Below, one piece after another: positions 1-12,984 of a stretch of DNA of 64,000 nucleotides. Made by a program: the position numbers and the translations under genes. The notes under the pieces were generated by a model, which did no database searches, had not been told where the DNA came from, and saw nothing but the letters and a program-made list of their open reading frames with translations. Source of the stretch: Eledone cirrhosa (taxonomy: Eukaryota); the NCBI GenBank assembly GCA_964016885.1, contig OZ024742.1, forward strand, positions 316,014,001 to 316,078,000, read 5' to 3'. Positions within the stretch are counted from its first letter, which is position 1, and every line of letters begins with the position of its first letter.

Positions 1-339
1 CTCTTTATCTCCTTTCTTTCCGCATCTTAGTGTATGAGTGTCCAGGCGTTTTTATGCGCGCGACTTTATTTTCTTATTTTTACGAAGTAACCATTTCCGT
101 CTGTATAATACAGACATATAGATACATTTGCCCTAAACTTTTATAATTACGCACACTTTCTAACCATACATTTACACGTGCACATATACATATATGCACA
201 TCTATGAGCGTATATACATACACACACCTAACTATTTTTCTTGATAGATTTTTATATATTTCAATTTCTATTTCATTTATCTATATATTTTTTTTGATTT
301 TCTTGATGTGTTTTTCTAAGTATTTGCCCATGTTTTATA

Positions 340-415
340 TTGCCTCGTCTGACGAACGAATGAAGTCGTTTATTTCGTATTCGCCTCATTCGGGAAACCT
401 CTGGTAATGAGGTAA
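340..415 (+). ncRNA. Type I hammerhead ribozyme, complete
   Basis: Stem I TTGCCTCGT(340-348)/ATGAGGTAA(407-415); core CTGACGA 349-355; stem II CGAATGA..TCATTCG; GAAA 394-397; stem III ACC-tct-GGT; GUA cleavage triplet ending at 406. Confidence 0.8.
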
Positions 416-515
416 TTATATTGTATTGATTTTATACATTAAATTTTGCTCTGATATGTACATAGAGCACTCTTCATTTCTATGACCTTTTCTGTTTCCA
501 ACTGAAATTTCAATA

Positions 516-554
<39 letters not shown>

Positions 555-556
<2 letters not shown>

Positions 557-1242
557 TAAATATCTTTAAGTCGTTTGGAAGCCTCGACAATGCAAATGGG
601 TAAATCTCCGGGTAACAAGATCCGGTGGTGGAGAGAAAGATGTAAGTGGGTGTACGTTGAGATGCGTGGTGTGTATAAGACGTGTAGAGGAATGAAGGAA
701 AGAGTATAAAGGATAAAATAAAAATAACAACACGAGAAAGAGTTACCTTGGGAGAGATTTAATTGTCCCTATATATTTCGAATTCACATCCATCAACTGG
801 GGTTTTTTTCCGGGGTGGGGGAAAGGTTGTCTGTCGGACAGGTGCGAAACGCGTCCTCCGCTGTTTGTTGTTTTGAATATTCAATACAACAAACAGCGGA
901 GGACGCGTTTCGCACCTGTCCGACAGACAACCTTTCCCCCACCCCGGAAAAAACCCCCAGTTGATGGATGTGAATTCGAAATATATAGGGACAATTAAAT
1001 CTCTCCCAAGGTAACTCTTTCTCGTGTTGTTATTTTTATTTTATCCTTTATACTCTTTCCTTCATTCCTCTACACGTCTTATACACACCACGCATCTCAA
1101 CGTACACCCACTTACATCTTTCTCTCCACCACCGGATCTTGTTACCCGGAGATTTACCCATTTGCATTGTCGAGGCTTCCAAACGACTTAAAGATATTTA
1201 CCTATTATTCCACAATGCTTCAGGCAAACTCCAATACTCTCT
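555..1242. repeat. Spacerless ~648-bp palindrome (555-1202) plus 40-bp tail, between (TA)n tracts; Penelope pLTR-like fold-back
   Basis: 555-878 is the reverse complement of 879-1202 with about 2 mismatches; apex TTGAATATTCAA; the right arm continues to 1242. Confidence 0.9.
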
Positions 1243-1259
1243 TATATATATATATATAT

Positions 1260-1408
1260 GTATGTAAAAGGTAAACACAAATAGCAACATAATCGGTACA
1301 CTATATATGGAAGATATATATTAGGTTAACGCTTGATATAACAGGAAGAAGGTCTTAACGTTTCGCACGCTAGTCCTTCATCAGAAGAAAGAATGAGAAA
1401 GAAAATAG
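1260..1408 (-). mobile_element. Short hammerhead-bearing element (inverted relative of 2480-2620)
   Basis: Minus strand TCTT-CTGATGA-aggactagcgtgc-GAAA-CGTT-AAGA at 1353-1388; ~85% similar by eye to the reverse complement of 2480-2620. Confidence 0.7.
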
Positions 1409-1440
<32 letters not shown>

Positions 1441-1512
1441 CATACGCACGTACGTACATTCATACATACATACGTACAAATGTACGTACATACGTACATA
1501 CATATATCATGC

Positions 1513-1594
1513 GGTAGCGTGGCCGAGTGGTCTAAGGTGGTGATTTAAGGCACCAGTCGCTTTCGAGGCTTGGGTTCGTATCCCAGCGCTGTCA
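1513..1594 (+). pseudogene. tRNA-Leu(AAG) pseudogene
   Basis: GGTAGCGTGGCCGAGTGGTCTAAGG...TTAAGGCACCAGT...GGGTTCGTATCCCAGCGCTGTCA, 82 nt, colinear with metazoan tRNA-Leu-AAG; anticodon stem (GTGAT/ACCAG) and T-arm carry mismatches. Confidence 0.8.
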
Positions 1595-1613
1595 ATGTTC
1601 TTCCTTATATATA

Positions 1614-2007
1614 CTAGCAGATTTACCCGGCGTTGCCCGGGGTTTGAAATTATGCTAATAAAATACAGCTAGGAAGTAAAAGAAGAAAATTATTTGTCCC
1701 CAACCTGTCAAATTAAGCAGAAGTCTTCAATAATTAATGCAAACGAATATTTAGTGCAATCTTTGTACACATAAAACTAAGCTGACAATAAAGGAAAACA
1801 CTGAATAGGACACTTTAGAAAAAATAATTTTGCTATCGATTTTTTATTGCTCAACGTGGGTCGATTTGAAAAATGTTTGTGATGTGACCATCTTAACGAC
1901 AGGTACAACGTGCACAGAAAATTTGGTCAAATTCGGTTGGGAATTGTAAAAGCCTTAGCTGTCCAAAGTTGTCCACAGACACACATCCTCGCTTTTATAT
2001 ATATAGA
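1614..2007 (-). mobile_element. Non-autonomous Helitron
   Basis: Minus strand starts TCTATATATATAAAAG..TGTGTCTGT and ends with hairpin CCCGGGCAACGCCGGG followed by TCTGCTAG|T. Confidence 0.75.
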
Positions 2008-2479
2008 AGATAGGAGAGAATACATGAAAAAAACATATTTTCATGACATAGTGTTATCTAATTTCTAATTAGACGCGCAAGACACGTTTTCTGAAACACC
2101 TGCTGATGATCTATGGATAATGTGATTCTTGCAGCATTTAGTGAAACTATCCTTCCATTGGATTGTACAGATGTCATAGTTACAGAGGTACGCTTTCCAT
2201 TTTAATTAATCTGTTTAATTATAATGTCTTTCCTGTACCTTTCGCAGTTTTTATGTTTTTCACTCTAGTAGTAATATGTTCTTTTCATGTATTCTCTCGG
2301 AAAAATTTCCTTGTCTCATTATATTACAGGGACTAACGCGAGTCCCTTACTCCGTTGCTTCATTTTATATATAACGCCAGCCCCAACAGTTTTGCAAGAG
2401 ATGTCAACATGAATGGACCTGTTATTTTTATCTAAAGACATTTTTTCCAATTCCATCCCGCCCGTCCCCTCAATCTATC

Positions 2480-2620
2480 TTATTTTTCATTCTTTCTTCT
2501 GAAGAAGGACTAGCGTCCGAAATGTTAAGACCCTCTTCCTGCTATATCAAGCGTTAACCTAATATATCCCTTCTATATACTTTACCGATTGTGTGTTATT
2601 TCTGTTTACCTTTTACATAC
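2480..2620 (+). mobile_element. Short hammerhead-bearing element
   Basis: TCTT-CTGAAGA(2499)-a-GGAC-tagc-GTCC-GAAA-TGTT-AAGA; ends in TA-rich repeat. Confidence 0.7.
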
Positions 2621-2783
2621 ATATATATATATGATATTTTCTATATTTCATCTGCCTGTCTCTCTGTCTACCACTGGCCTCTGTCCTCTGAGGCATTTTG
2701 GCCCATCGCTGTCTTTGAGAGCATTTGGCTGTTTTAACGGCTGTTCTGGCGATGAGTTTCTCATTTTTATAAGTATATATATA

Positions 2784-3104
2784 CAGTGTACCCCGACATT
2801 CGCGGTCCCGGCATTCGAGGAATTTTCCTTAGAACCTAACTAAAAGTTGTTCGTGGAAAATACCGCATATTCGCGGAATCGTAAATATCTCGCGCGATTT
2901 TTTAAATAGCTTTTTTTCGTGGAAACAACTATTTTTTTAACGCTAAATTATTAATAATAATATACAGAATTTGCCGGTCTATTGGAAGCCCCTTTGCATA
3001 ACACGCCCCTTTTTTTAAAAATTATATTTTACGTTATATTTTGACGTTTATAGGCATTTTTATGGTCAGCGGGTGTTACGTTCCTAGATACTGGAAGGCA
3101 ACTG
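2784..3104. mobile_element. Possible Tc1/mariner-pogo (Tigger-like) MITE
   Basis: TA|CAGTGTACCCCGACATTCGCGG ... CAACTG|TA termini; TIR match is weak beyond CAGT. Confidence 0.35.
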
Positions 3105-3218
3105 TATATTATTTAAAATAGATACCAATTATGCATGTTTTCGTCGCTACTCAAAGTTTCCTGGTGGCATCCGCTTAATCGGAGCAAATTAATCTCATGT
3201 GCAATATATATATATATA

Positions 3219-3770
3219 TAAAATAAAGTAATTAAATCAAATATTTAAAATTTGGCTTCGTTCATTAAAGATGTACTGCTATATATATTTCGGTGACAGC
3301 CATCATTGGCTGTGACCTCTTCAGGCAGTCCGAATTGGTGTGGTAGAGACAGGTACACATGTTGTTAAAGTGTTTTACTCCGTCAATACTCCGATATGAC
3401 CAGCTCCTGGTTGGGTTGTTATTTCTCTGAGAAACTGGAATGATATGATTCCAGTTTCTCAGAGAAATAACAACCCAACCAGCAGCTGGATATATCGGAG
3501 TATTGACGGAGTAAAACACTTTAACAACATGTGTACCTGTCTCTACCACACCAATTCGGACTGCCTGAAGAGGTCACAGCCAATGATGGCTGTCACCGAA
3601 ATATATATAGCAGTACATCTTTGATAAACGAAGCTAAATTTTAAATATTTGACTTAATTACTTTATTTTACATACTCCGGAGTAACCAAACCAAACCAAA
3701 CTGCGTACTTCGTCGAGTGCTCCAATCTGCATACTGAGGTGTCGGTAAACAACCAACATATACTCAAAAT
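3219..3770. mobile_element. Fold-back short element with two hammerheads (3275-3329 minus, 3560-3614 plus)
   Basis: 3219-3444 inverted against 3445-3670, tail to 3770; ACTGC-CTGAAGA-GGTCACAGCCaatgatGGCTGTCACC-GAAA-TATATATA-GCAGT; unit also present at 12631-12954 (minus). Confidence 0.85.
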
Positions 3771-4214
3771 TTATATATATATATATATATAATTATTCAG
3801 GCCAGTTACTACAATGGTGCCATACCAGGTACGTACGTTTCGTTGATCATTGAGGACCAACTTGTTTAACCTGTGCCGATGGAAAGTAATACGTCAAAGT
3901 AATACAACTGTATGTTATTGCATCGTATTCTTTGTTCGTTTTTGTTTCCTTGATATCTCCTTATAATATATAACCAGCAATTTCTCTGTCTGTCTGTCCG
4001 ACGCGTAGAGAGAGAGTGAGAGTGAAAGAAAGAGACAGACTACAAGAGGGGGATAGCGGGAGGGAGAGAGAGAGAGAGACGCTGGAAGATGGGAAGGAAA
4101 GCTATGTCTTGCTGTCTGCATTACGATACATATATATATACACACACACACTGAGCGCGTCATAATGACGTAATGCAGACAGTCAGACATACAGACAGAT
4201 ATTATAAGGGCGCA

Positions 4215-5065
<851 letters not shown>

Positions 5066-5335
5066 TACAGATACATTGTAGGTTACTTTAACCCGTCTTT
5101 TATTATTCAAAAAACTACTTGCCAATCAACGTTAACCCTTCGTGCGCCATTCATCTAACGGTAGACCAACAAATACCAAAAAACGGAGCATTGATAAGAA
5201 CGATGGCGAATGAATGTTCGAGATAAACAGTTTCCTCCCGAGCTGTTAGTTCACGCGGGATTCTCTGCTACACCTTTTCGTAATAATACCGAACAACGTA
5301 CTGCTGGTCACTCCTTCCTCCAAAAGCCGTACAAA

Positions 5336-5428
<93 letters not shown>

Positions 5429-5469
5429 CGAAACATAAGTCAATTGCATGAACTCATAATCCTTTATTT

Positions 5470-5525
5470 ACTGCTATATATATTTCGATGATAGCCATTG
5501 AATGGCTATGACCTCATCAGGCAGT
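5470..5525 (-). ncRNA. Type I hammerhead ribozyme
   Basis: ACTGC-CTGATGA-GGTCATAGCCAttcaaTGGCTATCATC-GAAA-TATATATA-GCAGT. Confidence 0.8.
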
Positions 5526-6147
5526 TAGTCAGTTCTTAGATATGCCAGCTCAGTGTTTATAGTGTTGATGGTATCAGAGCCTTGGGACATATGAGCTTGT
5601 TAGGAATAATTTAATGTTGTCAGCAAGAATAGTCTTAATTCTCATTGGTCAGTTTGTAGATGCTAGTAGGGTTGGTACTTGACCTCAAAGAGGCAGGTGG
5701 TGTTGTAAAGTTCAAACCGTCAGGCAAGATGACAATAGTTCCATATGACTGATTTTCACAAAAAGCATTCCTGGTCAGATATATATTCAATTGAGGTTAA
5801 TAGTATGAAATAGATACTACAGGTCATTCTTAAATTGAGGAATTTATGTGGAGTGGTGCTACTGAAATTTATGGTTAGAGTAGAATACTAGAAAATTTAC
5901 AAATAAAAAGACTTATGTAGGTTGGCTTGCACATACACTCACACCGACCTCCACAGACACACACACATCCACACATACACATTGAGGAATTAATGTGGGG
6001 TGGTAATACTTAAAATAATGGTTAGAGTCAAATACTTAGATAGTTTAGAAATTTTAGAAATAAAAAGACTTATGTTGGTTGACTTGTACATACACTCACA
6101 CCTACCCCCTCAGACACACACACATCTACACACACAAATCCATACAG

Positions 6148-6201
<54 letters not shown>

Positions 6202-6858
6202 GCACAAGTGCATATATATATATATACAACAGAGGCCCCCAAATCCAAGTATAAGGCAGACATAAAACTAGATGGGTGTTATTTTTAAAGAAAAGTAAAG
6301 TGGGTGTTTGGAAAAGTTATTGTTTAGACTAGACAAAGTAGAGTGTGATATATATCTTCACAGCAATAGCTTGGGGGCTTTGGAGCTTAGGCGAATCCCT
6401 TTGTACAGACATATATACCCACCCACACTTTTATACTTCTGGATGCGCGTGTATGTCTATATACACATGTGCACTCATACAAGAGAGTATATACAAATAT
6501 ACTCTTAAGTATACACTCGAATATTTATCCATCCAACCTGGGGTATTACGTTGCGTTCACATGAGTGTGTACATTCACGCAGTCCCAGTATACTCACACA
6601 ATGCACGGTTGCGGGCACTCATTCATGCGTATAGGGTTAGTACCTTGGGATAATTGTTCTTCCTGTGTGGGCCGCTCCCGGGGGGGGGGGGGTCCTCTGG
6701 TTCAATAAACGTGGCTTTGTTGACTCCTAACCAGTATCGGATCCGGTGGACCATCCACCATAGGGACCACAAACTATGAGTCGTTGTTGTTGTCCATTGG
6801 TCATTGGTACGGGGTGTAGGGGCCTACAGGGGGCGTTGTGGGAGGCCTTAACCGGGGT

Positions 6859-7227
6859 TTATCCATATAGCTTGAGGAAAGTTCTTGTCCTTAGGTGTCT
6901 GCAGACACCGAATCAGTCGACCCTTCTGTTTAATAGCTTGGTTCCGCCATGAAGTATCTCGAGTGTCTCACTAAGACAGAGGTTGCAAATACCAGACCCG
7001 CCTCTGTCTGGGGGAACCTTTCTAACCACGGACCAGACCAGAGAGTGCGGGGTCTTTTCAAGTTTGAGCTTCCAGATCAATTCAGAAAGGGCCGTACATT
7101 TCCTCTTATCTATTCTGTTAAAGGAATGGCGATGGTTATACCATCTATCTTTGAAGCTCGTCGCTGTGGATCCTATGTAGTGGTGCTCCGAGTTAGGGGT
7201 TGTGACCTTGCACCTGTAGACTACGTT
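6859..7227 (-). pseudogene. GIY-YIG endonuclease domain of a Penelope-like element (not in ORF track)
   Basis: Manual translation NVVYRCKVTTPNSEHHYIGSTATSFKDRWYNHRHSF...CNLCLSE...LLNRRVD*FGVCRH; colinear with ORF 46013-46537. Confidence 0.9.
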
Positions 7228-7630
7228 TATATATATATATATATTTGTTATAAGAACAGATTAAAGTTTAAGCAAAGAATCGCTGCTTTCAACATTAACG
7301 GCATCTTCTGAAACTAAAAAAATTAATCTGTGAACGCAGAAGTAAATATTTCGAGAAACGTTGCAACCGGAAGACGATATTTTGGTTCGTGAAGACGTTC
7401 CTTGGCAATGAACGGAAAAAAAGTGAGGATAATACGTCGTTATGTGGACTGAGAAGAAAAATTTCATGCAAAGACAAGACCAAGTTTATGGTATAAATGG
7501 AGTCGTTAGACTAATATTCTATTTAAAATAACCGAATGATTTCCAGCCCCGGAGTTTAAGAATGATGTAAATAAAATTGAAAACGAAAATGACAGAGGTT
7601 ATTAAAATAGTAAAAGTAAATAGTGAAGAT

Positions 7631-7668
7631 TTAGGCCAGTGCATACGTATGCGCCGACGGACATACTG

Positions 7669-7756
<88 letters not shown>

Positions 7757-8169
7757 GCGCATTTTTACAGTATTTTCACCAAACTTAAGACATAGGTTAC
7801 TTATGTACTCCGGATGGTCATGGGCACTTTCATTTTTCCAGATATTGATTATAGGGTTTCCCGGCAGATAGCCCCATTTAACCACTTCCTTGGAGTCGAC
7901 TGAAGCACTGCAGTGCAATGCAACAAAACGCCATAACTTCTGGAGTTCGCAACCGATTTTCACAAAACTTGACACATTGGCTACGTTTGTTCTACAGATG
8001 AATGTGACTTGGCACATATTGAGTAGGGGACCCCGGGGGCAGGAACCTCCTTTGGGAAAAAGCCGATGATTTTGTAAAAGTATAGTTTTCGAAGCAGCAC
8101 TGAAGTATTGACATAAATGGTATACATAACTGCTATTTAATACCCGAGCAACGCCGGGTATTCTGCTAG
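7631..8169 (+). mobile_element. Helitron-like element (3' end clear, 5' end uncertain)
   Basis: Ends ATACCCGAGCAACGCCGGGTAT-TCTGCTAG|T, the same terminus type as 1614-2007. Confidence 0.65.
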
Positions 8170-8283
8170 TATATACTGTATATATATTTATCAAAATAAC
8201 AGATTAATGTTTAAGCAAAGAATCGTTGCTTTCACCCTTTGCTTTCACCCTCTTTGGATTTTAGTCTTCACATTTATTATTAT

Positions 8284-8336
<53 letters not shown>

Positions 8337-8376
8337 TATAAGTATTAATAAAATAGATGTTCTTTTGATCAATTAC

Positions 8377-8429
8377 ATTTTATTATACATATTTCGGATG
8401 TACAACAGTGCGTCCTCATCAGACAAAAT
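8377..8429 (-). ncRNA. Type I hammerhead ribozyme
   Basis: ATTTTGT-CTGATGA-GGACGCACtgttGTACATCC-GAAA-TATGTATA-ATAAAAT; decayed relative near 50340-50400. Confidence 0.7.
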
Positions 8430-8520
8430 ATAATGATACATGACATACCCTGAGGTGTTAAATGGTTAAGATTTAATCAAGGTAGTTCTTTGACATAATC
8501 ATCGAATATTGTTTAACAAC

Positions 8521-8618
<98 letters not shown>

Positions 8619-9232
8619 AAGAGAGAGAGAGAATAGAAATGGCTGTGTAGTTGCTATTTAAGGTAACTTAAAATGCAGTGGGAATACGAAGAAAGTAAGA
8701 ACGGGGGGGGGGGGAGTTTTCCTCATCAGTTGTCTACTGGGGTCTAGGATATTTCTACGCTTTAAAGACAAGATACCACTTCACACCCCACCCCAGGGCG
8801 TCAATATATATATATATATATATATGTATAAACGTGTCTGTGTGTGTATGTGTGTGTGTATTTATTAGATTATACACAATTTAATATGTAGTTGAATTAA
8901 CTAAGACAGTAAGCACAACAATTATGCAAATTAGTACTAATTTTGTTATATTTGATGGCTATATAAATCCATTGGTTGCGTGTTTCCTCGTGCATTGGGG
9001 AAAGTGTAGACAGTCTCTGCAGAATACCTTTTAAATGATCAACACTCGAGTCGAGCTCTTCCTTTTTTTCAATCTACTGTGAAGCAGACATGATTACCTG
9101 CTTAAATATAAATGTATGCGTTCACAGCTTCGGTTAAATAACCTGTACTGTTTGTACAGGTATGAATTTATAATATATATATATGTGATATAAAGTACCT
9201 TACTCAAGGAGACAACGCGCTAATGGGAATCT

Positions 9233-9301
<69 letters not shown>

Positions 9302-9831
9302 TCTCTCTCACACACACACGCACCCACGCACACACGCACACACGCACACTCACACACGTAATAAATGACTGATAAGTTTCAGAAACCAGGCATAATGTGG
9401 TAGAAATATATAAAGGGCAAAAATGTCCAATACACCGTCTAACAAAAACATTTTTTTCTCTGTTCCTGGCTTGTAATCACTTTTTTTGTGTTGCTTAGGT
9501 CCCAAATAAATAAAAAGTGCTATTAAACAGTTAAAAGTGTGGGTTTGTAAAAATTCTAAGCTATTCACTAGAATTATTTGTATGCTGGATTTTACGTTGT
9601 ATGTAAGTTTAATTTGCTTATGTTAAATGATTTTTTTTATATATGTTTCAGGTTAAATTAAAATTATAAAATAAAGAATAATACCTAAAGAAAATTATAA
9701 AAGTGCAATAAAGTATAACATTGTTAAAAAGTGGATTAAAGAGATTTATTGATACTGGATTTTCGCACCCTGAATAAAGGGTAAGTTGTGTTTTAAGCAC
9801 GAATTTTCATTAGTATGATTAGTGTTCTTTT

Positions 9832-10013
9832 GGTGAATTGGCAGTATCGGTACAGGGTTGGACGCCATGCTTTCTAGCATAGTTACGTCCCTTTACAGTC
9901 TGAGTTCAAATCCCGCCGAGGTTAACTTTGCCTTTCATCCTTACGGGGTCGATAAAATAAAGTACCAGTAATGTACTGGGTAATTGCTGGCCTTGTGCCT
10001 AAAGTAGAAACAA
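9832..10013 (+). mobile_element. tRNA-derived SINE with Deu/Nin-like central domain (short-tail subfamily)
   Basis: A box TGGCAGTATCGG, B box GAGTTCAAATCC, central CCTTTCATCCTTACGGGGTCGATAAAATAAAGTACCAG. Confidence 0.85.
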
Positions 10014-10302
10014 TTATTTAAATATGTATTTCCCTTTCCAATATTTATTTTGTATTGCATATCAAATTTATTTTGTATTTTAGGTTTCGATCATTACATT
10101 AGACTTGTAATTAAAAATTTCTTTCATTGAACTGCACTGCAATTTGGTGCTAAATATTATTTTTGTTTTCAAAATTTGATGACTTTAGCCTGAATTATCC
10201 TACTTATTTTATACATGTATGTTCATTTAACATGTTTTTATTCATACTTTCAGATCTATAAGATCTATATTTTCTGACGGCATGTATTTCTATATTTTTA
10301 GA

Positions 10303-11984
10303 ATGGCTTCAAGAGGCTGCCGGCACCACCCCAACTCTTTCTGTTTTATATGCGGTGAGTATATAAAGAAGACAGGCAAAAAATTCTCCTTGGAAACGTC
10401 GGTGAAGGTTTGTGAAGCCTACCAGAAGTACTTCGGGATGCCAGTTGGGGACAAGGACAAGCCCTGGGCCCCTCACTACTGTTGTGAGTACTGTAAGAAT
10501 ACGCTGGAAGGGTGGCTGCGAGGTGAGAAAAGGTCCCTGAAATTTTCCAACCCACGGCTCTGGTTAGAGCCAACAGACCACGCCACAAACTGCTTTTTTG
10601 CATGGTGGATGTTAGCAAGCGGCGGAAAGGAAAGAATGCTGCTGATGTAGATTATCCAGATCTTCCATCATCAATTGCTCCAATTCCTCACTGCTCCAAA
10701 TATCCCGTGCCAGTGCCACCTGCTCCAGATGAAGTCCAAGACAAGTATTCTGATGAAGTGGAGGAGATGGATGCTGCGGACTTGGATTACCTGCCTGAGG
10801 TACCAGAAAAAGTTCCTCACTTCCCAAACCAAAAAGAAGTCAATGACTTGGTCAGGGATTTGGCTCTGACACAGTCCAATTCAGAGCTATTCGTCTCCAG
10901 GATGAAGCAGTGGAACTTGGTCAAGGAGGAAGTACAGGTGACAAGTCAGAGAAGTCGACACGAACCTTTCTCAGGCTTTTAAACTCTTAGGGATGGCATC
11001 TGCTTCTGCCATGACGTGCCTGGACTGTTTGACGTTATTGGGGTGCCGTTTGTGCCCAAGGAGTGGCGGCTATTTATAGACAGCTCCACCAAAAGTTTGA
11101 AGGTTGTCCTCCTCCACAATGGAAACAAGTTCCCGACACTGCCCCTAGCTCATTGAGTCTGCCTGAAGGAAGATTACTACAGTGTGAAAGTCCTCTTGGA
11201 AGCTCTGCAATACAACCAGTACAATTGGGAAATCATTGGAGACTTCAAGATGGTGGCTTTCCTGCCTGCTTGGACTCCAAGGAGGCTTTATCAAATTCCA
11301 ATACTTTCTCTGCCTTTGGGACAGCAGAGCCACCTCTGACCACTACAAAAGAAAGAACTGGGAGCAGCGAACAGAATTTGTAGTTGGGACCCGGAACGTC
11401 ATGTGGGAGCCACTGGTTAATCCCAGGATTGTGCTCATGCCGCCACTGCACATTAAGTTGGGGTTGATGACGCAGTTTGTGAAGGCTCTCAACTAAGAAT
11501 CAGCCGCTTTTAAGTACCTTCTTGAGTTCTTCCCCCAGTTATCTGAAGCTAAAATCAAAGGTGAAATTTTTGTTGGACCTCAGATAAAGAAGCTGTTTGA
11601 GTCTACCGAGTTCTCCAATAAGCTCAATAGGATTAAGAGAACAGCATGGAACTATTTCAAGGCAGTTGTTAAGGGCTTCCTGAGCAACTACAGAGCTGAA
11701 AACTACCAGCAACTGGTGCAGGATCTGATAAAGGCTTTTGGCGCCATGGGATGCAGGAAGTCGTTAAACTCCATATGCTGGACGCTCACCTGGAAAAATT
11801 CAAGGACAATATGGGCGCCTACTCAGAAGAACAAGGCGAACGATTCCACCAAGATGTGAAACAGATAGAGCGGAGGTACCAGGGCCACTACAATGAAAAA
11901 ATGATGGGGGACTATATCTGGGGGCTAGTGCGGGAATGCGACCTGGACAACAACCGCAAATCCAGGAAATCCAGTCATTTCTGA
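10303..11984 (+). pseudogene. Chapaev3 transposase with frameshifts and stops
   Basis: MASRGCRHHPNSFCFICGEY..DKPWAPHYCC..PLHIKLGLMTQFVKAL..HMLDAHL..SEEQGERFHQD..RYQG..MGDYIW spread over ORFs 10282, 10602, 11236 and 11751. Confidence 0.85.
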
Positions 11985-12398
11985 CGTGTATAAGTTGCTT
12001 TATAAGTGTTATTTGTTTTTACTTGTTTGCTTTTGATAAGCTTGTGTAATAAAATAAATATATACTCTGTGGATTTAATTATATGAACTGATAAATTAAA
12101 AAAAAAATGTGTTTTTTCTTGAAAAATATGAACATTTCGAAATATGAAACTCCTGACCACAAACCCAAACTTCTGATTAAATAATAGTATTCTTTTATAA
12201 TAATGGGATATAACAAACCAGGAAATAACATTTAGAACCGGGGAACAAAAATTATGTTACACGGTGTAATACAAGCAAAGTAATTTATATTTCAAAATAT
12301 AGTATTTCAAATATAACAACAAAAACGGTTCAAAACGAAACGCATGATCGATATCATCTTTCCTAACTGTATGTATGTATGTATATATATAGTGTGAA

Positions 12399-12592
12399 GG
12401 AGCGTGGCTGAGTAGTTAGAGAATTGGATTCGCAATCGTGAGGTTGTGAGTTCGATTCCTGGACCGGGTGATGCGTTATGTCCTTGAACAAGATACTTTA
12501 TTTAACGTTGCTCTTTCTACCTGGAGTTGCGACCGATAGATAGCATCACCAATTGGAAAGAACAATGGAAACATTTGACGAAAATCGATCGA
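12399..12592 (+). mobile_element. Second tRNA-derived SINE family (CORE/V-like GTCCTTGAGCAAGACACTT)
   Basis: A box GTGGCTGAGTAG, B box GAGTTCGATTCC; copies at ~30471-30682 and 5'-truncated 55347-55516. Confidence 0.75.
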
Positions 12593-12630
<38 letters not shown>

Positions 12631-12631
<1 letters not shown>

Positions 12632-12948
12632 TTGAGTATATGTTGGTTGTTTGCCGACACCTCAGTAAGCAGATTGGAGCACTCGACGAAGTGCGCAGGT
12701 TGGTTTGGTTTCTCCAGAGTAATGTAAAATAAACTAAAATAAATAAATAAGTCAAATATTTAAAATTTGGCTTCGTTTATTACTGCTATATATATTTCGG
12801 TGACAGCCATCTTTGGCTGTGACCTCTTCAGGCAGTCCGAATTAGTGTGGTAGAGACGAGTACACATGTTGTTGAGGTGTTAACTTTGACAATACTCTGA
12901 TATGCCCAGTTCCTGGTTGGGTTGTTGTTTCTATGAGGAACTGGAGTC

Positions 12949-12954
<6 letters not shown>
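12631..12954 (-). mobile_element. Monomeric hammerhead-bearing short element (family of 3219-3770)
   Basis: Colinear with 3445-3770; hammerhead at 12782-12836; (TA)n on both sides. Confidence 0.85.

Positions 12955-12981
<27 letters not shown>

Positions 12982-12984
<3 letters not shown>

Larger units (their letters stand above)
5425..7227 (-). mobile_element. 5'-truncated Penelope-like element: GIY-YIG end, 3' UTR/pLTR and hammerhead
   Basis: GIY-YIG frame 7227-6859; internal ~150-bp tandem duplication 5834-6145; hammerhead at 5470-5525; flanked by (TA)n. Confidence 0.75.
9433..12266 (+). mobile_element. Chapaev3-type (CMC) DNA transposon
   Basis: TIRs CACCGTCTAACAAAA / TTATGTTACACGGTG; subterminal TTCCTGG repeats; disabled transposase inside; SINE nested at 9832. 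Confidence 0.8.

Noticed and set aside
1513-1594. Functional tRNA-Leu gene
   Set aside because: Anticodon stem and T-arm mismatches and no clear oligo-T terminator
6913-6915. In-frame TGA in the GIY-YIG frame as possible selenocysteine
   Set aside because: Aligns with Leu in LLNKRQEL of the paralog at 46013-46537, not Cys; a TTA>TGA nonsense change is simpler and no SECIS was recognised
6949-7311. 120-aa plus-strand ORF
   Set aside because: Antisense shadow of the minus-strand GIY-YIG frame
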